From the IMG/VR virus record IMGVR_UViG_2734482784_000005, positions 1-13,501 of that record: DNA of 13,501 nt; one strand, 5' to 3'. This document shows positions 1-7,003 of the stretch, one piece after another; the first letter of the stretch is position 1; the number at the start of each line of letters is the position of its first letter. The DNA is from a virus (lineage: Duplodnaviria > Heunggongvirae > Uroviricota > Caudoviricetes). The notes beneath the pieces were generated by a model that saw only the letters and a list, made by a program, of their open reading frames with translations, was not told where the DNA came from and searched no databases. Made by a program: the position numbers and the translations under genes.

Positions 1-393
1 TCATATTACTGGATAATCATCATCATCCTTCCCTATCCGATTGATAACGAATGTCACTACCCCGACAACTGTAACATCATCCAGGGCCTCACCTTCCAAC
101 GCTTCACCGTCTCGTGTAATAAATGCCCGGCCCATAATTTTTGCAAAATCAGTGCCGCCGCCGTATTGAATTAAAACGGTATCTCCTTGCTTTGGTTTTA
201 CGAAGCAATCCACTACGGCATAGCCGGTTTCTGTTTGTACTATCCGAGTATTGGGGCCGGTACCGCAGAGTGAATCAACGGTCAGACGCCGTTCAACATA
301 GTCAGCAGCTGGCGACGGAAATCCCACGTTATAGCCCTCCGTTTGGGTTGTATAACTGGAACGTGAGCTCATCGCCTTCCTGCGTTGAGACAT
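1..393 (-). CDS. UmuD-like (peptidase S24 family) protein, 130 aa, divergent
   Basis: Complete ORF (ATG at 393..391, stop at 3..1). Contains GFPSPAADYVE at residues 24-34, matching the cleavage-site region of UmuD/MucA/RumA as I recall it, and a C-terminal GDTVLI...FAKI...VVGVV pattern resembling the S24 fold. I could not find a canonical GDSM serine motif by eye. Sits 9 nt downstream of the 403..560 ORF, which follows a LexA box. Confidence 0.5.
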   Translation of the reverse strand: MSQRRKAMSSRSSYTTQTEGYNVGFPSPAADYVERRLTVDSLCGTGPNTRIVQTETGYAVVDCFVKPKQGDTVLIQYGGGTDFAKIMGRAFITRDGEALEGEALDDVTVVGVVTFVINRIGKDDDDYPVI

Positions 394-402
394 CCCGGAA
401 TG

Positions 403-560
403 TCAGTGCTCTATCCACTGGTTAGCCTGGCGCGGTGACCATATCCAGTTAACTTTTGCGAGTTCCCGGATAAAACCGGACGTTGTCACGGTGCGACGGC
501 CATTAGGCTCAATGACAATTGCCTGACGCCAGGCTATTTCGATATCTGAGTTTCGCGGCA
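403..560 (-). CDS. small hypothetical protein, 52 aa, first gene of a LexA-box-controlled operon
   Basis: ATG at 560..558 preceded by GGAGGTGAAGTT (strong Shine-Dalgarno, about 7-nt spacing). The longer track ORF (to 606) would place the start codon inside the LexA box, so the internal ATG is preferred. No family recognised. Confidence 0.45.
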
Positions 561-579
561 TAACTTCACCTCCCGAAAA

Positions 580-599
580 TACTGTTTTTATATACAGTA
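580..599 (-). promoter_or_regulatory. LexA operator (SOS box)
   Basis: Plus strand reads TACTGTTTTTATATACAGTA; minus strand reads TACTGTATATAAAAACAGTA. This is a perfect CTGT-N8-ACAG palindrome fitting the enterobacterial LexA consensus, 19 nt upstream of the ATG at 560. Confidence 0.7.
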
Positions 600-1103
600 G
601 ATTCATTAAGAGATCTGATCAATACAGGTTCCAGCTATCAATCAGGAACACTGAGGAGGAAACCAGTCACCTTTTAGCCTCTGATATTGGTTTCACTTAG
701 TGATTATGTTGTCTATGTGCCAACTATGAACTATCTTTTCTCAAAACCTGCTACTGCAAAATGGATATAAGATGTCACAGACGGACTTGCTGATTGTTGT
801 TTTTACTCTGGGCATTTTAGCCTTTGGCTATTCCATATGGTTCATTTCGAACAGAATACTTTGCTCTATATTTCATAGACTTACAAAGAATATATGAATT
901 GGGATGGTATAGACCCAAATTCATGGTCATTGCCCCTCGACGTCGGAAGGTACTTACAGATCATCTTCGCTCTTAACCTATCACATCGGCACCTACTCCA
1001 TGATGTAACAGCTCAGACCAGAAATATCTGGAAGCTTTAGGCATATTCTTGGAAGATAGACGAGCGCAAAGACGCACACAGCAATGATGTTATGTAGTAT
1101 TTT

Positions 1104-1135
1104 CCCCTTGAGTGTGCCTGCTCAAGGGGGTTTTT
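1104..1135 (+). terminator. rho-independent terminator (plus-strand orientation)
   Basis: Stem CCCCTTGAG (1104-1112), loop TGTGCCTG, stem CTCAAGGGG (1121-1129), then G plus TTTTT (1131-1135). On the minus strand the hairpin is followed by A-rich sequence, so the plus orientation is favoured. Confidence 0.55.
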
Positions 1136-1172
1136 ATCGCCGTATTGTACTGGCAAATATTTGTAAATAGTC

Positions 1173-1201
1173 TTCACCCCCACGCCTGTCACATCGGCCA
1201 C
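1173..1201. repeat. direct repeat copy A (displaced invertase 3-prime end)
   Basis: TTCACCCCCACGCCTGTCACATCGGCCAC matches 1751-1779 at 25 of 29 positions. On the minus strand it encodes VADVTGVGVKTIYKYLP, a second copy of the invertase C-terminal HTH. Confidence 0.7.
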
Positions 1202-1219
1202 ACGCGACTGGACAGGCGG

Positions 1220-1642
1220 TTAGTCCGGTATGTTTCTCGCGCTACTACTGCTTACGTTAACGTCTGGTAATGATCTAGCGGCGCGACGTAAAGCGGCGTT
1301 GAAAGCAATTATAGTGACCGGCCGGCATTGGTACTTCACACGGTTAGAATGGCTCTGAAATAAAAAAACATCTTCTGGATAGCGTTCTCTTCTACGAGCA
1401 ATGATCCCCTCCACTGGAGGGGTTGATTTAACACGTAGCTCCTTCAGGTGACCCTGTTTTCGTATCAGTATCAAGTCACCATCAATATCATCATATCGAA
1501 TACTCAGCAGCCTTCCAGCGCTTAAACCCGTGTGAAAAATTAACGCCCACAAGTCAGCCCATGTATCTGAGATGGAAACAAGATTGCTGTTAATAGTTAA
1601 AAATTGCTCAAAACTTATTGTTTTCTTACCGTTCACGAACAA
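1220..1642 (-). pseudogene. tyrosine recombinase-like fragment (FimB/phage-integrase-like), no ATG start
   Basis: 140-codon ORF with no methionine codon anywhere (the track start is TTG). The TGLSAGRLLSIRYDDIDGDLILI segment resembles the box I region of tyrosine recombinases, but the downstream His/Arg/Tyr catalytic region is missing. Confidence 0.4.
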
Positions 1643-1719
1643 ACCAAACTGTTTTCAAAGCTGAATGAATTGATTAAGCCAAACGTAACATATCAGGAAA
1701 AGTAGTGAAATCTTTGCCT

Positions 1720-1932
1720 TCAAGTCGCCGGGAGGTACTTGTAGATTGTTTTCACGTCCACGCCTGTCACATCAGCCACCTGCTGCCGGGTAGCGCCGTT
1801 CTCCAGCATTCTGCGGCACCGCTCCACCACTTCTTCAGTCATTATCCGGCGGCGGCCGCCGACTCTCTCCTGCTCCATCGCTGCGGACCGACTCGGATGC
1901 ATTCGGCAAATTCTAGGCCGTGATTTTTCCAA
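1720..1932 (-). pseudogene. Hin/Gin/Pin-family serine DNA invertase remnant (C-terminal HTH only)
   Basis: GGRRRIMTEEVVERCRRMLENGATRQQVADVTGVDVKTIYKYLPAT aligns well with the C-terminal DNA-binding domain of Hin/Pin as I recall it (GGRPRAIT...GHPRQQLA...STLYRYFPA). The N-terminal catalytic domain is absent and the ORF begins with a non-ATG codon. Confidence 0.55.
1751..1779. repeat. direct repeat copy B (inside invertase remnant)
   Basis: TTCACGTCCACGCCTGTCACATCAGCCAC; partner of 1173-1201. Confidence 0.7.
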
Positions 1933-2713
1933 TCCTCTCCATCAGATATGCCAGGATGACATCCAGTGTGCTGGTCCCATATGCATATTTGCCGGGGAAA
2001 ACCAAACATTCTGACAAAACGGATGTTAACGGAGACACTGAACCATTGCCTGCTCCGCCAATACTCATTTTTTGAGACGGGCTATACGCTGGGATTGTAT
2101 AGCCCGTCACTTGTCGGCTGGTCACTGCAGACTGATCTGACCGCTGGTATGCAATTGCATAGGATCCAGCAGCCTTGTTAGAGCACATAACTACAGCGCA
2201 GAATAAAGATTGCCCTATATTGTTAGGAGTAAATGCCAGATCGGCCTCGATCCCTCCATTCAGAAAAATCGGGAATGAACCTGCTGACGTTGTACGAATG
2301 CCGACGCCATGAGGTGTGCTTTCCTGGGTTGCGATAACCGCTCTGTCCTGTGGCGTAGCCGGAAGCGCCCCACCTGGCAGCTGATAGATGAATGCAAAAG
2401 TATTGATGTTTGCGTCCATAACCACCGCCGTATCACCAGCCATGCCGGATGCACCGGAGAAATTAAGCCCCTGCAAAACAGAACCATTCAGCTTTGTGGA
2501 TGGCTCGAGGGTCTCCAGTGACTTGAAAAGTCCGCCATCTAATCGGTTAGAGATAGCTACTACTTTTGCACCAGACCCCATTTTTAGAAACTCTGTCTTC
2601 ACTGGTGTCCATACTGATGGGGATAGTTCTGAGATCGCTTTCTCTGCCGCTGTTTGTGAGTACACAGGGAGTAAGGGGTTATTCAGTCCAGTTAGTGTGT
2701 AAATCAGTCTCAT
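1913..2713 (-). CDS. hypothetical protein, 266 aa, cotranscribed downstream of the tail-fibre-like esterase gene
   Basis: ATG at 2713 preceded by GAGGA; starts 10 nt after the stop of the 687-aa ORF. No family recognised; Gly/Ser/Thr-rich. Confidence 0.55.
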   Translation of the reverse strand: MRLIYTLTGLNNPLLPVYSQTAAEKAISELSPSVWTPVKTEFLKMGSGAKVVAISNRLDGGLFKSLETLEPSTKLNGSVLQGLNFSGASGMAGDTAVVMDANINTFAFIYQLPGGALPATPQDRAVIATQESTPHGVGIRTTSAGSFPIFLNGGIEADLAFTPNNIGQSLFCAVVMCSNKAAGSYAIAYQRSDQSAVTSRQVTGYTIPAYSPSQKMSIGGAGNGSVSPLTSVLSECLVFPGKYAYGTSTLDVILAYLMERIGKITA

Positions 2714-2722
2714 TTTTTATCC

Positions 2723-4786
2723 TCAGAAAACGTTAATACGAAAAGCGGGGAGCCAGTCGTAAAGAGTCACGGATGTGTCATACACCCATATGATTCCAGC
2801 GGAAGATCGAACACACCCTCTTGCACCAAGAGTCCGCCCGGAAGGTTTTACAGATGCGCCGCTCTGAAGTGGGTTTTCTGCTGTCGCATAGGAAACGCGC
2901 CCAAAACGTCCAGAGGGGGCGGTCGCCAGGTTAATCAGCACGCCCTTGCCGTCCGAGCTGATCGCGATGCTCGATATAGCAGGTGGAGCACCAGTCTCAT
3001 CCGTGTAGCTAAAGCCGTAATTGGCCAGACCGGAGGTGTTGATCGTAGTCGTGTCCAGCACCAGGTTCGTATACGCTGGGACATTGATTTGTATCTGCGT
3101 GGGTGAGTTCCACACGAAACTGGTCGGAACCATCCCTGACCAGCCGCTCGTAAACCACTCCTGGAGAAGCGCTCTCGCCACAGCTGCTCCGCGCCGGTTC
3201 TGGCCCGCACACGTCAAGTGCAGACCGTCTGAAATAAAATCGTACTGGTACAAACTATTGACCAGCCTGAATTGCTCTTTTCCGTGCAATCGCGTCGACG
3301 CCAGTCGCGCGTACTGGCCTGTAAATGCACCATGCCCGTCATTGACATACCCCAGCTGGGTAATGGCGATAATCGGCGGTTCGTTTTGACCCGTTCTTGC
3401 GATGATGTCGCTGGTGATTTGTCTCTGGTACTGCCTCATCCGTGATTCATACATTCCTTCTCGTAATCCTGACCAGTCCTCGTCGGACTCTCCCTGCATC
3501 CAGTCAACGCAGAGAACAATCGGCAGCCAGCCGCGTGCTTTACAGGCCGTTACGCAGTCTTCGATTGAATCGAGCAGATACTGATATACCTGGTTACCCC
3601 GTTTCTGGTACTCGTAAGCCTGACCAGACTGCGCACATACGATTGATAGCGTGCGCGGCATGATTCCGGTAGCTGCAGCCATATCGCGAATGAAGGTGTT
3701 CGCGAGGCCGCTTGCGGCCGTTTCTTTATCTGTCCCACTTACTGCCTCAACCAGTGGCACCAGAGTAGTGCTGCGTGTCCCTGTACGCCTAACCCCGCCG
3801 CTGAGCATGAAAGCGTTATCAGGATATATCGGCGTTGCTGCGACAATGGTTTGATCGGCGTCAGGACAATATCCTCGAGCGTTGGATTGCCCAGCAGTCA
3901 CAAAGATAAAACATACAGGCACTGTCTCTGAGTAGGGGTACACAGTAGACCCTGACAAATGAAGTCCATACTCAGGGAGCTGGTTGGCATCATCGTCGCC
4001 ACCACCACCGCCATTTCCGTTATTAACAGCTACCAGGCCACCGTCTGAGTAAATCCAGTGCTTCCCACCAACCGTATAAGCTTCAACGATCTGGTTTGTG
4101 GTTGAATCAACCGTCATCCGCCACACTTTTTCACCGCCAATAAACTGCGGTATAGAACCCTCCCGGCCCAGCGCATAGAGTTCGGATTCTTGTTGGGTTA
4201 AAAGTTCGTAATATTTTCCGTCAGGACCGATTTGAATTAATCTGCCGCTTGTATTTAAAAATGGAGCCACGCGGGAAGTCTCCGGATCATATGCTGCCAG
4301 GGTCACGCTGTCTGGCGATACCTGGTATGCGTAGTCGTCACGAACCATCCGCCGTCCGGTTGGCTGCAGCGTTCCAGCGAGGTTGATATACTCATCGGCC
4401 AGAGAGCTTCCGTCCTGACTGCGGACATAGGTTGTTGAACCTGCCGGAATATTCGCAATATCCGCCTGCGCCGCCGCCAGCGTCATGTACTGCCGGCTGA
4501 GAGGGATCAGGTTTTGGCGGGCTTCATCAATAACAGCGTCGGTAGCAGCTGCCATTTTTTTAGTAGCCCCAATTATCGTATCCTGGGCGTTACCAAAACG
4601 ATCTATAAAAGTATCGCTTTCGCTGTTCAGGAAATCATCGTACGCCAGGGCGTTATCATTCAGATCCTTCATGCTATTTGAAGGTCTTGGATTGCCGGTA
4701 TTATATCTTTTGTCCATACCTGTTCCTGTCTTCATCTTTTCAATGAAGCAATTAAGATTGACGCCCCGCCCCTTCAGGGCTAACAT
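2723..4786 (-). CDS. phage tail-fibre/tailspike-like protein with central SGNH/SASA-type carbohydrate esterase domain
   Basis: Long ORF. AGQSNARGY (GQSN motif typical of the SASA/sialate-O-acetylesterase SGNH family) and a downstream DGLHL (DxxH) motif. A long N-terminal region and a C-terminal beta-rich region fit a receptor-binding tail protein. Start is uncertain: ATGs at 4786, 4735, 4717 and 4672 are all possible; the 4717 ATG has AGGAACAGGT upstream. Confidence 0.6.
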   Translation of the reverse strand: MLALKGRGVNLNCFIEKMKTGTGMDKRYNTGNPRPSNSMKDLNDNALAYDDFLNSESDTFIDRFGNAQDTIIGATKKMAAATDAVIDEARQNLIPLSRQYMTLAAAQADIANIPAGSTTYVRSQDGSSLADEYINLAGTLQPTGRRMVRDDYAYQVSPDSVTLAAYDPETSRVAPFLNTSGRLIQIGPDGKYYELLTQQESELYALGREGSIPQFIGGEKVWRMTVDSTTNQIVEAYTVGGKHWIYSDGGLVAVNNGNGGGGGDDDANQLPEYGLHLSGSTVYPYSETVPVCFIFVTAGQSNARGYCPDADQTIVAATPIYPDNAFMLSGGVRRTGTRSTTLVPLVEAVSGTDKETAASGLANTFIRDMAAATGIMPRTLSIVCAQSGQAYEYQKRGNQVYQYLLDSIEDCVTACKARGWLPIVLCVDWMQGESDEDWSGLREGMYESRMRQYQRQITSDIIARTGQNEPPIIAITQLGYVNDGHGAFTGQYARLASTRLHGKEQFRLVNSLYQYDFISDGLHLTCAGQNRRGAAVARALLQEWFTSGWSGMVPTSFVWNSPTQIQINVPAYTNLVLDTTTINTSGLANYGFSYTDETGAPPAISSIAISSDGKGVLINLATAPSGRFGRVSYATAENPLQSGASVKPSGRTLGARGCVRSSAGIIWVYDTSVTLYDWLPAFRINVF
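4758..4786 (+). promoter_or_regulatory. putative sigma-70 promoter for the HTH/acyltransferase operon
   Basis: TTGACG (4758-4763), 17-bp spacer, TAACAT (4781-4786); upstream of the 4819 start. Confidence 0.35.
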
Positions 4787-4818
4787 CGCCTTACGTGTTT
4801 AAACGGTTAAATAAGAGA

Positions 4819-5082
4819 ATGATTTTAATAAATAAATACACCCCTCCAACGCAGGAAGATTTAGCCAGACTGAAATCCGCACTAAATTACTCCGGAAACC
4901 AAATGGCAGGGCTCGCAGGTGTAGCCAGCGATAGCCAATGGCGGAAATACACTGGCGGAGAGAGCCCCAGGGTAATGTCAAGACACATACTGTTTTATAT
5001 TGCAGCTCAGCTTGTTCTGTCTGATGAGCAACTTAACAATGTAATAAATAAAATGCGCGATATTGGCGCGGAGATAAAATAA
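4819..5082 (+). CDS. small XRE-like HTH protein, 87 aa
   Basis: ATG at 4819 (the track start at 4795 is GTG). The segment NQMAGLAGVASDSQWRKYTGGE resembles an HTH_XRE recognition region. Its stop overlaps the acyltransferase start (TAATG). Confidence 0.5.
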   Translation: MILINKYTPPTQEDLARLKSALNYSGNQMAGLAGVASDSQWRKYTGGESPRVMSRHILFYIAAQLVLSDEQLNNVINKMRDIGAEIK

Positions 5083-6173
5083 TGCTTGGCCTAATAAGGT
5101 TTTTTTTGGCATCGTGCGTCATTGCTTTTCACTTAACGGCTCGCATACCTGCACTTGGCAACTTTGCAGTGAATTGCTTCTATGTTATTAGTGGTTTTTT
5201 AATAACATACATTTTGCATGAAACATACAAGTTCAACTTCTCTATGTTTTGGAAAAATAGAATACTGAGGTTATTCCCGGCATATATATTTTTTCTCGTC
5301 ATGGGCTTTCTTATTATAAAATTAATTCCATCCGCAAAGGAATTCCACTCAAACTGGACAGGCAATTTCTTACCTGGAGATTTATTAGGAAACCTCTTAA
5401 TCTTCCCCTGGGCTTTCCTTTCTGATAATGCTGTAGCAAATCCATTCGGTGCCTTTTCATCCATTTATCACTTTGCTATTGATGGTAATAGATTCAGAAT
5501 AGTCACATCATCATGGTCAGTGGGTGTTGAGATAACATGTTATTTTTTATTGTGGCTTTTCATAGCCCGAAATAAATTTACAGCCATTACGTCGATTCTG
5601 CTTTCACTGCTTTATCATGCTTACGTATATGTAGTACACCATTCTTTTGATATGGCGTATTTCCCATTCCTTGCTGCAACACTTCCTTTTAGCATGGGTT
5701 CTCTGGGTTATTTTGCCCATAGAAAGTTCAAAGCTATGTATCTTTCTCCACACAAAGCTTTTTTAATAACATTTATTTGCATCGGGATTTTTATTACCAA
5801 TTGGCATTTATATACAATTAATCCATTAGGTCAGTACAACATAATACTTTACTACACCAATAATGTAATAGCATTGTTTACAACCCTGGTATTATTAAAA
5901 ATAAAGACAAACATACATCTTGAGAAAATACTCAAGTGGTTTGGTGACCTGGCCTATCCAATTTTTCTTTGTCAATATTTTGGTGGATTTCTAGCATGGC
6001 TTGCTATTGGTGGTGAAAATCGTGGCTTATCCATCTTTTTATTAGGCTACCCAATATCAATTGCACTTGGGATCGTTTGTGTAATATTAATAGACAAGCC
6101 ACTAATTAAAATTAGAGCAAAAATAAGGGCGGACGCTCAAAGCAAAAATAATCAGGAAAACTCTTCAAGGTAA
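5082..6173 (+). CDS. acyltransferase family 3 integral membrane protein (O-antigen/polysaccharide O-acetyltransferase-like, OafA/Oac type)
   Basis: 363 aa, multiple hydrophobic helices, NCFYVISGFLITY (the FxxISGF motif of the acyltransferase-3 family), RBS GGAGA 8 nt upstream. Markedly AT-rich relative to flanking genes. Confidence 0.8.
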   Translation: MLGLIRFFLASCVIAFHLTARIPALGNFAVNCFYVISGFLITYILHETYKFNFSMFWKNRILRLFPAYIFFLVMGFLIIKLIPSAKEFHSNWTGNFLPGDLLGNLLIFPWAFLSDNAVANPFGAFSSIYHFAIDGNRFRIVTSSWSVGVEITCYFLLWLFIARNKFTAITSILLSLLYHAYVYVVHHSFDMAYFPFLAATLPFSMGSLGYFAHRKFKAMYLSPHKAFLITFICIGIFITNWHLYTINPLGQYNIILYYTNNVIALFTTLVLLKIKTNIHLEKILKWFGDLAYPIFLCQYFGGFLAWLAIGGENRGLSIFLLGYPISIALGIVCVILIDKPLIKIRAKIRADAQSKNNQENSSR

Positions 6174-6994
6174 ACTAAACCATTCGCTCCTTTTCCTGAT
6201 GAATAGTTACCATTCCCCCCGGCACCACCTGAGCCGGGGAAACCGCCATCATCGCCAGAACTACCGAAGTGGCCATTGCCACCCGTTGATGAAAATGCAG
6301 CTCCTCCAGCCCCGCCAATAAAAGCATCAGAACCATAATACAGACCACCTTGAGATATTCCGCCAGTAATATTTAAAATGTTCCCGCCACTTCCGATACC
6401 TCCAGCAGGAACTGTAGCCCCGCCACCACTCCCTCCAGTAGCTGAGATTAAACTCCCGAACCTTGTATCACCACCATTCCCGCCTTTAGACGAGACACCA
6501 GCAGCAACAGCACTGCCACCAGTACCTATCGTCACAGATATAGTTTCGTTATCAGAAATATTAAATAACCCTTCCGAAAATCCACCAGCACAACCTCCAG
6601 ATGCGCCCACACTAACTGGAGCATTCTGGCCACCTCCCCCCGCTCCCCAAACTTTCACCCGCACTCTTTTCGTCCCTTTAGTTGGAGTGTAAGTCCCTGA
6701 CTTAGTAAAGGTGACAATATTAAGCAGGCGACCGCCACCAATCGCTTTAAGAACCTGTGAATCATCATCAGGATCAAGCTCAAGCCCCGCGCCCTCAACA
6801 ACGTTTATGTGAACCTCGGCCAGATCTGAGGATGGCCGGGGAACGGCCCGCAGTTGCTCAATAATCGCCGCTCTCGCTGCCTGCTGGAACTTGCGCCCTG
6901 TCTCGCTTACCAGATGCCTGCCTTTCAGCGGTCCCTTGCTCGGGGCGCGCCAGTAACTATTTACGCTCGGTGGAAATGGTAAAGTCAGTTTCAT
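6152..6994 (-). CDS. RusA-like (Holliday junction resolvase family) N-terminal domain fused to a glycine-rich C-terminal region, 280 aa
   Basis: N-terminus MKLTLPFPPSVNSYWR matches the RusA signature (LPWPPSNNRYYR in E. coli RusA). The C-terminal ~170 aa are Gly-rich low complexity. Strong RBS AAGGGGG upstream of ATG 6994, and only 9 nt after the dam-like stop. Confidence 0.6.
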   Translation of the reverse strand: MKLTLPFPPSVNSYWRAPSKGPLKGRHLVSETGRKFQQAARAAIIEQLRAVPRPSSDLAEVHINVVEGAGLELDPDDDSQVLKAIGGGRLLNIVTFTKSGTYTPTKGTKRVRVKVWGAGGGGQNAPVSVGASGGCAGGFSEGLFNISDNETISVTIGTGGSAVAAGVSSKGGNGGDTRFGSLISATGGSGGGATVPAGGIGSGGNILNITGGISQGGLYYGSDAFIGGAGGAAFSSTGGNGHFGSSGDDGGFPGSGGAGGNGNYSSGKGANGLVYLEEFS

Positions 6995-7003
6995 TTAGCC
7001 CCC

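Noticed and set aside
141-425. Plus-strand 94-aa ORF overlapping the UmuD-like gene
   Set aside because: Antisense to the ORF carrying the GFPSPAADYVE motif and LexA-box context.
2260-3854. Several 60-120-aa ORFs in alternative frames within the 266-aa and 687-aa genes
   Set aside because: All are embedded in longer ORFs that have recognisable domain motifs and operon coupling; they look like frame shadows of GC-rich coding sequence.
6378-6692. Plus-strand 104-aa proline-rich ORF
   Set aside because: It is the exact antisense of the Gly-rich part of the 6152-6994 gene (GGN codons read as NCC). The minus-strand ORF is longer, has a strong RBS and fits the dam/rusA operon.
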